Source: a virus (taxonomy: Duplodnaviria; Caudoviricetes). Taken from it: a stretch of DNA of 64,000 nt. Position 1 is the stretch's first letter. Every line of letters begins with the position of its first letter. The notes under the pieces were generated by a model. That model had not been told where the DNA came from. It did not search any database and saw only the letters and a list, made by a program, of their open reading frames with translations. This document shows, piece by piece, positions 9,144-17,224 of this stretch. Where the stretch lies: the IMG/VR virus record IMGVR_UViG_3300020151_001495, positions 52,131 to 116,130 of that record; one strand, given 5' to 3'. The position numbers and the translations under genes are program-made.

Positions 9144-9158
9144 GAAGGGATTTGTCAA
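9130..9158 (-). promoter_or_regulatory. Sigma70 promoter overlapping the psbA terminator
   Basis: Perfect TTGACA-17 nt-TATAAT. Confidence 0.85.
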
Positions 9159-9163
9159 GTACC

Positions 9164-10243
9164 TCAGCCGATGGCTGGTGCTTTGAGAGCAACAGGAGTT
9201 GCTTCAGCAGTAGCAAGGTCCAGAGGGAAGTTGTGAGCGTTGCGCTCGTGCATCACTTCAAAACCGAGGTTAGCACGGTTGAGGATGTCTGCCCAGGTGT
9301 TGACCACACGACCACTGCTATCGAGCAGGGACTGGTTAAAGTTAAAGCCGTTGAGGTTGAATGCCATGGTGCTAACACCAAGTGCAGCAAACCAAATGCC
9401 AACTACAGGCCAAGCAGCAAGGAAGAAGTGTAGTGAACGTGAGTTATTAAAGGAAGCATATTGGAAGATAAGGCGACCAAAATAACCGTGTGCAGCTACG
9501 ATGTTGTATGTTTCTTCTTCTTGTCCAAACTTGTATCCATAGTTTTGGGATTCGTTTTCAGTAGTCTCACGAACGAGTGAAGACGTAACCAGACTTCCGT
9601 GCATAGCACTAAAGAGGCTGCCACCAAATACCCCAGCCACACCGAGCATATGGAAAGGATGCATGAGAATGTTGTGTTCTGCTTGGAAGACGAGCATGTA
9701 GTTGAACGTGCCTGAGATTCCGAGAGGCATTGCATCACTGAAGGAACCTTGACCGAAAGGATAAACAAGGAACACTGCAGAAGCAGCGGCAACAGGAGCA
9801 CTATAAGCAACGCAGATCCAAGGACGCATACCCAGACGGTAGGAGAGTTCCCACTCACGACCCATGTAAGCATAGATACCAATTAGAAAATGGAATACGA
9901 CCAATTGGAATGGTCCACCATTATATAGCCACTCATCAAGTGAGTTTGCTTCCCAGATGGGATAAAAGTGAAGTCCAATAGCATTGGAACTAGGGACAAC
10001 AGCACCAGAGATGATGTTGTTTCCATACATAAGTGAACCAGCTACAGGTTCACGAATCCCGTCGATATCAACTGGGGGTGCAGCTACGAAAGCAACAATG
10101 AAACAGATAGTAGCAGCGAGAAGGGTAGGAATCATTAGAGTTCCAAACCAACCGACATAAAGACGGTTATCGGTAGAAGTTACCCACTCACAGAATTGTT
10201 CCCAAGTGTTACTCCCACGCTGTTGAGCGATGGATGCGGTCAT
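9164..10243 (-). CDS. psbA: Photosystem II D1 protein, intronless, Glu130 type
   Basis: MTASIAQQ...NRLYVGWFG...MGREWELS...[13 protein letters not shown]; 359 aa from ATG 10243. Confidence 0.99.
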   Translation of the reverse strand: MTASIAQQRGSNTWEQFCEWVTSTDNRLYVGWFGTLMIPTLLAATICFIVAFVAAPPVDIDGIREPVAGSLMYGNNIISGAVVPSSNAIGLHFYPIWEANSLDEWLYNGGPFQLVVFHFLIGIYAYMGREWELSYRLGMRPWICVAYSAPVAAASAVFLVYPFGQGSFSDAMPLGISGTFNYMLVFQAEHNILMHPFHMLGVAGVFGGSLFSAMHGSLVTSSLVRETTENESQNYGYKFGQEEETYNIVAAHGYFGRLIFQYASFNNSRSLHFFLAAWPVVGIWFAALGVSTMAFNLNGFNFNQSLLDSSGRVVNTWADILNRANLGFEVMHERNAHNFPLDLATAEATPVALKAPAIG

Positions 10244-10275
10244 AGTTTTAAAAGAACGTAAAGGTTTATGCATGT

Positions 10276-10340
10276 TTATTAAGAAATGTTTCATTCCTTA
10301 ATAACCTATTTATGGTAACACAAGATACGAAGTCTGTCAA
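10276..10340 (-). promoter_or_regulatory. psbA promoter region: sigma70 promoter, overlapping late-type box and 13-bp leader hairpin
   Basis: TTGACA(10335-10340)-17 nt-TACCAT; CATAAATA overlaps the -10; inverted repeat 10276-10288/10292-10304. Confidence 0.7.
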
Positions 10341-10380
10341 GGGGGGTTTGCCTAAATATAATTGAGTTGAAAAATTGTGC

Positions 10381-10545
10381 ATGTATAGGTTTAACTCAGA
10401 CGACATAAATTATTTAATTTTAGCATGTAATGCTTATCAAGAAAAAACTGGTTCTGATGAAATGTGGGATGTTTTTAGTGATATGAAAGAAAAATTATAT
10501 ATCTACATGGAGCAGAATCTATATGGACGAGAGAAGGACATTTAA
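10381..10545 (+). CDS. 54-aa hypothetical protein
   Basis: Hand translation MYRFNSDDINYLILACNAYQEKTGSDEMWD...; CTAAATA late box at 10352. Confidence 0.6.
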   Translation: MYRFNSDDINYLILACNAYQEKTGSDEMWDVFSDMKEKLYIYMEQNLYGREKDI

Positions 10546-10717
10546 TACTCCTATCAGAGAACCTTGGAATGCTCCGATCCATCAGATATTAAAAGCTATA
10601 GATAATCATACAAGAGAATATCTAAAGACTGAAGATCCTTGGCATGAAGAAAAGGCTAATATGTTGAGAGCATATTTGCACGAATTAAAAACTTGGATTC
10701 ATAAAAATGAAACTTAA
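10523..10717 (+). CDS. Conserved cyanophage hypothetical protein
   Basis: NTPIREPWNAPIHQILKAIDNH motif. Confidence 0.75.
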   Translation: MDERRTFNTPIREPWNAPIHQILKAIDNHTREYLKTEDPWHEEKANMLRAYLHELKTWIHKNET

Positions 10718-10991
10718 ATTTCCAACACTAGATAATATAGTTCCTGTTATGGTTGCATTTGTAGCAACAGCAATTGTTGGAATGACATTTACCAACTATG
10801 TCATTTGTAATTTTAAAGTAATGACTAGTTTACATTATTTGTATCTCGTAAAAGCATTTGATAAAAGTGGAGCCAAGCCACCAAGTAAATGTGACGACAA
10901 TACATCAGAATCTATTCAAACACTGATGTCTTTATTAGCAACTATCATTGCACTCAAAGCAGATTTAAAGAATAAAAAAGAAAATGAATGA
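10707..10991 (+). CDS. Small protein with two hydrophobic segments
   Basis: 94 aa, coupled in + strand operon. Confidence 0.65.
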   Translation: MKLKFPTLDNIVPVMVAFVATAIVGMTFTNYVICNFKVMTSLHYLYLVKAFDKSGAKPPSKCDDNTSESIQTLMSLLATIIALKADLKNKKENE

Positions 10992-11236
10992 ATTTCCATG
11001 GGGAGTCGCAATAGGACTCGGAATAGTTTTAGTAGGAACTTTAGCTTGTATAATTTACATAATAATGTTAGACTACCTAGAAAGTAAAGATGAAAACCCT
11101 AAGCATTGAATTATTAATTATAATAAGATTAATAACTAATGATGGAATATTTTTAGAAAATAGAAGACCTCTGCCGAAAAGACAATCGACAGAGGTTTCT
11201 CGTTTTATAAAAAGACCCGCAAAAAAAGGAAGGAAA

Positions 11237-11869
11237 TTATTTTATCTTATATAATCCAGAATCCCACAATGCACCCTCCGCTCTACGTCTTCTAGCAAGT
11301 CCTTTCTCTACACTGGATCCTGGATTACGATATCGATAAAGTGCCTCAGGAATCATATGCCAAGACTTTTCCTTTAGTGTTTTTGTTATGGTAGCAAATC
11401 TATCTGAACCATAAAAATTAGCCCCAAGATTATATGCAAATGAAAGTAATGCTCCACGCATCTCATCATTCATTTCATTCCAGTATGGAATCTTAGTGAG
11501 TGGTGGCATAAACTGATTTCTCAATTGATACTCAAGCAATTCATCTGCTTGTTGTTGAGTAATTTTATCTGTAATTTTGAATGGTTTACCATTTAAATCT
11601 TTTGTACTTCCCCATCCGATTGTAATAGGAAGTCCACCAGTAAGAGAATCATAATATCCACTTAAATGACATCCTTCAAACTCTTTAATCAATTTAATTC
11701 CAACCTGAGGAACTACACTGGAATCTACAGATTTATATTCATTTCTAAATTTTTTAGCAAATTCTTCTAATACTTTAGGTGAAGTATTTTGCTGGAGATA
11801 TTCCCATGCATCCATTTGATGCATATATCCTTCAGTGTGTTTCGCAGCATCAGTTAATTTTATAGACAT
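11237..11869 (-). CDS. Lysozyme/endolysin (GH24)
   Basis: LIKEFEG...TIGWG...ALLSFAYNLG...GLARRRRAE. Confidence 0.9.
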   Translation of the reverse strand: MSIKLTDAAKHTEGYMHQMDAWEYLQQNTSPKVLEEFAKKFRNEYKSVDSSVVPQVGIKLIKEFEGCHLSGYYDSLTGGLPITIGWGSTKDLNGKPFKITDKITQQQADELLEYQLRNQFMPPLTKIPYWNEMNDEMRGALLSFAYNLGANFYGSDRFATITKTLKEKSWHMIPEALYRYRNPGSSVEKGLARRRRAEGALWDSGLYKIK

Positions 11870-11903
11870 AAAAAAAGGAGGTATTGAACCTCCTGTATTT
11901 ATT
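11870..11903 (-). terminator. Terminator after hli fused to a late promoter for lysozyme
   Basis: AATAAATA-C-AGGAGGT-TCAAT-ACCTCCT-TTTTTT-ATG. Confidence 0.7.
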
Positions 11904-11907
11904 CAGT

Positions 11908-12027
11908 TCACCAAACTCCAGGAATAATTTGTCCTGTAGTAAAATAAGTGCCGATTGCAACTACAAATCCTAACATAGCGAGGCGACCATTAAGAGTCTC
12001 AGCCTCGGGGGTAAATCCAAATTTCAT
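11908..12027 (-). CDS. hli: High-light-inducible protein (39 aa, missed by ORF track)
   Basis: MKFGFTPEAETLNGRLAMLGFVVAIGTYFTTGQIIPGVW; ExxNGRxAM motif. Confidence 0.93.
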   Translation of the reverse strand: MKFGFTPEAETLNGRLAMLGFVVAIGTYFTTGQIIPGVW

Positions 12028-12042
12028 GATAGTTCTCCTAGA

Positions 12043-12336
12043 TTAAAGGTTTTCTTCTTGTTCAGTAAGGATGACGCAATCACTGGTGGGATATGCAACA
12101 CAAGTTAGAACCCAGCCAGCTTCCATTTGCTCATCGTCAAGGAACGATTGTTCTTCATTATCTACAGTGCCGCTAATCAGTTTACCAGCACAAGCAGAGC
12201 AAGCACCAGCACGACAAGATGAGGGAAGATCTACGCCAGCGAATTCAGCAGCGTCAAGGATGTATTGGTCATCAGGGCACTGAATAATTTGTTCGGTGCC
12301 ATCGGGGGATTGAAGTGTAACGTTAAAAGTAGTCAT
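12043..12336 (-). CDS. petF: Plant-type [2Fe-2S] ferredoxin
   Basis: [13 protein letters not shown]...[11 protein letters not shown]. Confidence 0.97.
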   Translation of the reverse strand: MTTFNVTLQSPDGTEQIIQCPDDQYILDAAEFAGVDLPSSCRAGACSACAGKLISGTVDNEEQSFLDDEQMEAGWVLTCVAYPTSDCVILTEQEENL

Positions 12337-12422
12337 TAGTAAGTTTCACAAAGTTTTTCTACGGAATATGCCAGCAGCACTAGGAAGCTGACTCCAGTAA
12401 TTGTAAACAAAAGTTCAGTCAT
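12336..12422 (-). CDS. 28-aa single-TM peptide coupled to petF
   Basis: [28 protein letters not shown]; TAATG overlap with petF. Confidence 0.6.
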   Translation of the reverse strand: MTELLFTITGVSFLVLLAYSVEKLCETY

Positions 12423-12435
12423 TGTCAATCAATTG

Positions 12436-12630
12436 TCAGAAGATCCCGAAGAAGAGCTTGCCAGTGCTAGCATAAGAAATGATCCCAGCAATAATACCGA
12501 CCATAGCCCAGCGTCCATTATATTTCTCCTTTACTTGGTTGGGGGTGTCCATACCGTAGTTTTCATAATACATCGTGGGTTCTTTCGCCCACATATTCTG
12601 TTGCCCACGATCATTTGTTGTTACAGTCAT
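12436..12630 (-). CDS. hli: High-light-inducible protein (64 aa)
   Basis: MTVTTNDRGQQNMWAKEP...EKYNGRWAMVG...TGKLFFGIF; start placed downstream of promoter. Confidence 0.92.
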   Translation of the reverse strand: MTVTTNDRGQQNMWAKEPTMYYENYGMDTPNQVKEKYNGRWAMVGIIAGIISYASTGKLFFGIF

Positions 12631-12657
12631 TATAGATTCATTAAGAATTATTACATT

Positions 12658-12692
12658 ATTATATATGAGAAAGGGGGATTTGTCAACCCCCC
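12658..12692 (-). promoter_or_regulatory. Sigma70 promoter for hli-petF-hli, with its -35 inside the porin terminator hairpin
   Basis: GGGGGGTT-GACA-AATCCCCC-TTT hairpin; TTGACA-17 nt-TATAAT. Confidence 0.85.
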
Positions 12693-12715
12693 TATTGTTA
12701 AAATTTCCTGACCTA

Positions 12716-14191
12716 TCAGAAGGTGAACTTCGTCTGGATAACTCCACCCCACTTGGAGGCATTATCATTCAGGCGTTGGATATCACTTGCATAGAAGATT
12801 GCAGGAGTGATGCTGATATTGTCAGACACCTGATACTTGTAGAAAATTTCAAGCATCGTTGCTTTCTCAAGATCTTCACCAGTGGGTGCTTGACCTACAG
12901 CAACACCAGCGGAGTTGCCCTTGGCAAATACATCAGACCACTGAAGACCTGCCATCCAGGATTGACTGTCGGTAGCATCACTTTGAATGCCACTTACAGT
13001 GTTCCAACCGTAACCAGCAGAGATGGAAGGAACCCAACCAGACTGCTTAGGTTGCCAGTATGCGTTGATGGAGTAACCATTAGAGGTTTGACCAGGAACC
13101 AGAGTACCTGAAGCACCGTTCAGACCATTGTAGGTGCGAACACGAGTGCCTTCAGTACCATAACGGTAACCAGCACCGATACCCCAGTTTTGACCACGAT
13201 AACCGATTTGTGCCATCGTGTTCAGAGCACCAGTCTCATCAAATACACCAGTTTCACTATTGTCACCATCTTGGGCAACATAGTTTACACCAGCAACGAA
13301 ACCTTGCTTACCTTTTTGCTTCCACATAGCACCGAAACCAGCACCAGTTGCCTTGTTATAGACACCAGGAGCACCAGCAACAGCGAAGAAGTCAAGAACT
13401 TCAGACTTATATGCTGAAGGAACCCATGCCATTTCGGTGTTACGAACCTTAGCACCAACAGTCAGAGTAGTGCTGTTGTTGAATGCAGGGAAGGAATAGT
13501 ACAGACGGTCAAGTACTACGTTATCACCATTTTCGCTGGAGAAGTTGTCTGCCTTATCCAGTTTGAACAGGGAAGAAGAGGAACCAAAGGGATCAGAACT
13601 GAAGTTAGAAGAACGCAGACGGGTACGGAGCAAGTCCTTACCAGTGAACGAAGTATCAAAGTTCAGACGAACATCATAGTTGAAAGCAGTGCGAGTGCTT
13701 ACATCATCTTTGGTATCATAACCAGGAACACCACCAAGAACGAAGGTTGCTTCACCACGGAGTTTAGTGGTGGTGGAGAACTGAGTTGCCTCAAGTTCAC
13801 CAACCTTTGCTTCCAGACCATCAACACGACCACGAAGAACAGCAAGTTCTTGTGCAAATTCTGCTTGAAGACGCTTGAGTTCGTCGGTAACTTCGGTTAC
13901 ACGATCAAGACAAGCATTTAGAAGAGCAGCTGCTTCAAAACGAGTCATTGCCTGACCACCAACAAAGGTGCCATTAGGATAACCAGCAACGCAACCATAA
14001 CGCTCTACAAGGTTACTGAGTGCCTGATATGCCCAATCAGTTGGCTTCACATCAGAGAACTGAGTGACACTTGCGACCTGTTCTGCAGAAGCATATTGAT
14101 TAACTCCTTCCATATTAAGGTCAGCTGCATTCACAGCAGGAGTAATCAAACCCAGTGCAACAGGTGCAAGAATTAAATGATTAATTTTCAT
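12716..14191 (-). CDS. Cyanobacterial outer-membrane porin (SomA/B, iron-uptake porin type: SLH domain plus OprB-like barrel)
   Basis: Signal peptide; SLH FSDVKPTDWAYQALSNLVERYGCVAGYP; QFSTTTKLRGE; C-terminal Phe; start moved to 14191 below promoter. Confidence 0.93.
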   Translation of the reverse strand: MKINHLILAPVALGLITPAVNAADLNMEGVNQYASAEQVASVTQFSDVKPTDWAYQALSNLVERYGCVAGYPNGTFVGGQAMTRFEAAALLNACLDRVTEVTDELKRLQAEFAQELAVLRGRVDGLEAKVGELEATQFSTTTKLRGEATFVLGGVPGYDTKDDVSTRTAFNYDVRLNFDTSFTGKDLLRTRLRSSNFSSDPFGSSSSLFKLDKADNFSSENGDNVVLDRLYYSFPAFNNSTTLTVGAKVRNTEMAWVPSAYKSEVLDFFAVAGAPGVYNKATGAGFGAMWKQKGKQGFVAGVNYVAQDGDNSETGVFDETGALNTMAQIGYRGQNWGIGAGYRYGTEGTRVRTYNGLNGASGTLVPGQTSNGYSINAYWQPKQSGWVPSISAGYGWNTVSGIQSDATDSQSWMAGLQWSDVFAKGNSAGVAVGQAPTGEDLEKATMLEIFYKYQVSDNISITPAIFYASDIQRLNDNASKWGGVIQTKFTF

Positions 14192-14220
14192 ATTGTGTAA
14201 AGAATTACAACTACAGATTT

Positions 14221-14300
14221 TATTTATATTGTTAGAAACCGTAATAATGTTCGGTTCCTCCCCAATATTATAGGGTAACGGGTGGGAGTTGTCAACCCCC
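14221..14300 (-). promoter_or_regulatory. Porin promoters: sigma70 and late
   Basis: TTGACA(14290-14295)-17 nt-TATAAT; TATAAATA at 14221-14228. Confidence 0.8.
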
Positions 14301-14303
14301 TTT

Positions 14304-14457
14304 GCAGGCTCGCCACCAATTTTGATTACGAGAAAATTGGAAACTCGGCGGGAGTATCCTCCACATCCGCACCAGTCGGCATATTTTATGTCCATCCGAC
14401 GAGGACTATTTGGGTCATATTGACTCCACCAGGGTATTTTTTAAGTCATTCCAAGAC
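14304..14457 (-). ncRNA. Pseudoknotted ncRNA, probably the cyanophage manA RNA motif
   Basis: Two H-type pseudoknots (GTCC/GGAC with GTCGG/CCGAC; CGAG/CTCG with CCAATTTT/AAAATTGG) and GGTGCGGATG...CCCGCC...GTGGCGAGCCTG core; family name from recall, not searched. Confidence 0.65.
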
Positions 14458-14643
14458 TTCTAAATCTTTGTATATTTGCCAAATATACTGTTTGTGTTCT
14501 TGAAGTTTCTGAATCGTTTCGTGAAGTTTAGTATAATTTTTTAAATCCATTTGGGATTGGACTTGTTTAAGTGTGGTAATCACATTTTCAATTTCAGCAC
14601 AAACTTTTGATAACTTTAAAGAACAGTAAATTGAATTGTCCAT
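14446..14643 (-). CDS. 65-aa helical hypothetical protein
   Basis: ORF whose last codons overlap the 5' hairpin of the ncRNA. Confidence 0.6.
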   Translation of the reverse strand: MDNSIYCSLKLSKVCAEIENVITTLKQVQSQMDLKNYTKLHETIQKLQEHKQYIWQIYKDLEVLE

Positions 14644-14654
14644 TTGTTTAAAAA

Positions 14655-14697
14655 GGGGGTTGCTCCCGACCAGGGTTTTTAACGTCTCTCCATGACG
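14655..14697 (-). repeat. Second copy of the 5' module of the manA-like RNA
   Basis: CGTC-ATGGAGA-GACG-TTAAAAA-CCCTGGT versus GTC-TTGGAAT-GAC-TTAAAAAAATA-CCCTGGT. Confidence 0.6.
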
Positions 14698-14702
14698 AAA
14701 TA

Positions 14703-15143
14703 TTAGGGTTCTAAAATTGTTTCGTCAACAACTTCTTCAGTTTCTTCTTCAACGGATTCTACTACTTCGGAAATAGTAGGTGCATTACTTACATTCCAAT
14801 TGACAGAAACACTATCCTCTAGTTGTAATGCATCAATTCTATCTTGAATATTAGAAACAGAATACTTTACATAGGAGAACTCTTCAATAGAATCAACTTT
14901 TTCATTTGCTAAAAGCCACTCAACAATAGTATCTTGAGTGATCTCATCAAAAGGAATAAATGATTCTGAATCTAATTCCGAAATATTAAATGGAATAGTT
15001 CCTCCACAAGTATAAGTAAATTGTGGATATTCTTCTGAAGCAGCACTAACACCAACTGTAACTTCGTAAACTACATTAGTAAGATCGCCAACAGAAAGTT
15101 TCCGATTTAAATTTCCAATACTTAAATTGTAATTAATAGCCAT
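14703..15143 (-). CDS. Acidic hypothetical protein, possibly tail-fibre associated
   Basis: MAINYNLSIGNL...FIPFDEITQDTIVEW; CTAAATA late box upstream. Confidence 0.65.
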   Translation of the reverse strand: MAINYNLSIGNLNRKLSVGDLTNVVYEVTVGVSAASEEYPQFTYTCGGTIPFNISELDSESFIPFDEITQDTIVEWLLANEKVDSIEEFSYVKYSVSNIQDRIDALQLEDSVSVNWNVSNAPTISEVVESVEEETEEVVDETILEP

Positions 15144-15214
15144 AGTAATCTTGATTATTTGCTCTATAATATTTAGATTCAAAATAACTAAGCATTTTTT
15201 GAATCCTATTGCTT

Positions 15215-15243
15215 AGCATATCACATGTGGATTGGGTTGTCAA
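15215..15243 (-). promoter_or_regulatory. Sigma70-type promoter
   Basis: TTGACA-17 nt-TATGCT. Confidence 0.65.
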
Positions 15244-15246
15244 GTA

Positions 15247-15918
15247 TCAAATGATGACCATCTTTTCATGACCAACCCTGCAAGTGGGATCCATCCAGAT
15301 GTCAAATCCTACATCCTTTGCATCATGACAGAATGATACATCTTCGGAACATACATCCTGAACATTCTCATCAATGTACATTAGTTTTGGTGCAAACCAG
15401 GGATATTCAAGTTTCTCAAATACTCCTCGTTTAATTAGAACCCAACCAAATCCAATATAATCTACTTTAATTGGATCTGTTTTTTCTGCCATATCTTCAG
15501 TTGTTAAAAATTGATACGTGCCATGTTTTTTGAAATATTCATCATCCATGCTCTGAACAACTGGAGTGTACATTCCACCAGAAACAGCACCTCCAGGTTG
15601 TGCGTACCAACCAGAAGCAATTGGTTTATTCATATCAAATAATTTCTGAAACATCTCGTTATTAAATCGAATGTCAGAATCAATCCACATCATATAATCA
15701 TAATGTATTCCATCAAATGGTTTTTGATTTTTACCTTTACTTACATCTGCGCCAGCACATTTACATCGTGCATAATTTACCATGCTAGAATACTGCTGGG
15801 AAATTTTAAAAGAAGCTCCTTGTTGAGAAACATATGATAGCAGTTCGATAAAATTTATCATGAAGTTACCACTATATGTTCTGCCTGGTAAACAAAAAAT
15901 GATAGTTTTACCCTTCAT
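15247..15918 (-). CDS. GT-A fold glycosyltransferase
   Basis: YMMWIDSDI (DxD), YIGFGWVLIKRGVFE, SEDVSFC, VGHEK. Confidence 0.85.
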   Translation of the reverse strand: MKGKTIIFCLPGRTYSGNFMINFIELLSYVSQQGASFKISQQYSSMVNYARCKCAGADVSKGKNQKPFDGIHYDYMMWIDSDIRFNNEMFQKLFDMNKPIASGWYAQPGGAVSGGMYTPVVQSMDDEYFKKHGTYQFLTTEDMAEKTDPIKVDYIGFGWVLIKRGVFEKLEYPWFAPKLMYIDENVQDVCSEDVSFCHDAKDVGFDIWMDPTCRVGHEKMVII

Positions 15919-16132
15919 GCTGGGTTCGATCTTTAGGCTTGGGCTTGTTACATTCATTGCAATAAAATGAAAATCCAGATTTAAAATATTTTACCACTTG
16001 AAAGTGATCTTTGTCAAGAGGTAGTTCAGTGTCGCATCTAGAACAGGTTCTAGTCCCACCACCAACAAAGGTTTTCGAGGGTGTTGATGAACTGTTCGTG
16101 ATAGACAGTGCGGCTAGGATTCGGTTTACCAT
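15908..16132 (-). CDS. Small Zn-finger protein; start uncertain
   Basis: RTCSRC...YCNEC. Confidence 0.5.
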   Translation of the reverse strand: MVNRILAALSITNSSSTPSKTFVGGGTRTCSRCDTELPLDKDHFQVVKYFKSGFSFYCNECNKPKPKDRTQHEG

Positions 16133-16631
16133 CTTTCATGTCATGTAGATACTGTATTATACCACGAACCACGGGGGTGTCCTGGAAGTATTCGTGCATT
16201 CGGTAACAATTGAATTTCTCATTGTATTCGACGAATCCATGAAGCGGTGCCATGTTGCGACGATGAGCACGGATGAATACATCTTCATCCTTGATACCAT
16301 TCTTGTTACGAATGTCAAGTGGAGTATATTTTTCACCATCATATTCTTCATCAAGTTCTTCTGATTCACCAAATACAAAGTGAAGGTCTTCGTAATACTT
16401 TTCCATCAACTCTAAGTCTGGTGCTACACGAATATCCTCATTCTCTTCCAGATAATAATCCATTCTGCGTTTTGCATCTGGGTCTGTCAGACGAAATACA
16501 ATGTTACCAACGTAATAGTTTACTGGACCACCATAAAGATGGGATGATTCTCTCTTACGAAAAGAGAGGTGGATTATTTCAAATCCAGCCTCTTCGTTTT
16601 CTTCCATTACTAAACCTTGTGAAATGCTCAT
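16050..16631 (-). CDS. Hypothetical protein
   Basis: 193-aa ORF in operon. Confidence 0.75.
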   Translation of the reverse strand: MSISQGLVMEENEEAGFEIIHLSFRKRESSHLYGGPVNYYVGNIVFRLTDPDAKRRMDYYLEENEDIRVAPDLELMEKYYEDLHFVFGESEELDEEYDGEKYTPLDIRNKNGIKDEDVFIRAHRRNMAPLHGFVEYNEKFNCYRMHEYFQDTPVVRGIIQYLHDMKDGKPNPSRTVYHEQFINTLENLCWWWD

Positions 16632-16633
16632 AA

Positions 16634-16861
16634 TTAATATCGTTCAGGAATGTTATCGTAATCTAGTGGGTGGTCTTGTTTCTTTTCAGACTTACGAAGT
16701 TTTTTAAGGTGTTCAAAAAGAAGTTTAATCTCTTTGTATGCATCATTTGCATTCATTCTTCCTGACATTTCTGCAGCAAGAATATATTCTACCCTTTTAC
16801 CAAATGCTAAAAGTTGTAATTCAAATTCTGTTTGGTTTTCATACATTGAATTTAATTTCAA
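16634..16861 (-). CDS. Conserved cyanophage hypothetical protein
   Basis: FGKRVEYILAAEMSGRM...AYKEIK. Confidence 0.7.
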   Translation of the reverse strand: MKLNSMYENQTEFELQLLAFGKRVEYILAAEMSGRMNANDAYKEIKLLFEHLKKLRKSEKKQDHPLDYDNIPERY

Positions 16862-16865
16862 CTGA

Positions 16866-16939
16866 AGCCCAAGGTCGGACTTGAACCGACGACCTACGGT
16901 TTACAAAACCGTTGCTCTATCCAGCTGAGCTACTCAGGC
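16866..16939 (-). tRNA. tRNA-Thr(TGT)
   Basis: Cloverleaf; ACGGT TT TGT AA ACCGT. Confidence 0.95.
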
Positions 16940-17202
16940 ATATCTTCGGGATTCTCCAAGTCTACTGGAAATAAACATGGATGGCATTCTTCATCAATTA
17001 AATAGAAGGATGTTCTGTATAATTCTTCAGGAGTATATTCAGGATTGTTTGATGCATCTATCTGAATATATGGATCCTGTTGCATTATATGAGGAATCTC
17101 TTCAAATGTAAAAGGAACATTGTTAATGAAATACATTTCCACAATTTCATTGTTGTAGAAACAATAGTTAGATGAAATTTTGTATTTCATTATAGTATCC
17201 AC
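16930..17202 (-). CDS. Conserved cyanophage hypothetical protein
   Basis: MYFINNVPFTF...YLIDEECHPCLF; last 10 nt lie inside tRNA-Thr. Confidence 0.7.
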   Translation of the reverse strand: MDTIMKYKISSNYCFYNNEIVEMYFINNVPFTFEEIPHIMQQDPYIQIDASNNPEYTPEELYRTSFYLIDEECHPCLFPVDLENPEDMPE

Positions 17203-17224
17203 CGATACACATATTTATCGGTAA

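Noticed and set aside
12575-13111. 178-aa + strand ORF and similar antisense ORFs over psbA, cobS, gp23, gp17 and others
   Set aside because: Shadow frames of codon-biased genes with no motifs or RBS.
14192-14395. N-terminal extension of the porin ORF
   Set aside because: Runs through the promoter and ncRNA; the signal peptide starts at 14191.
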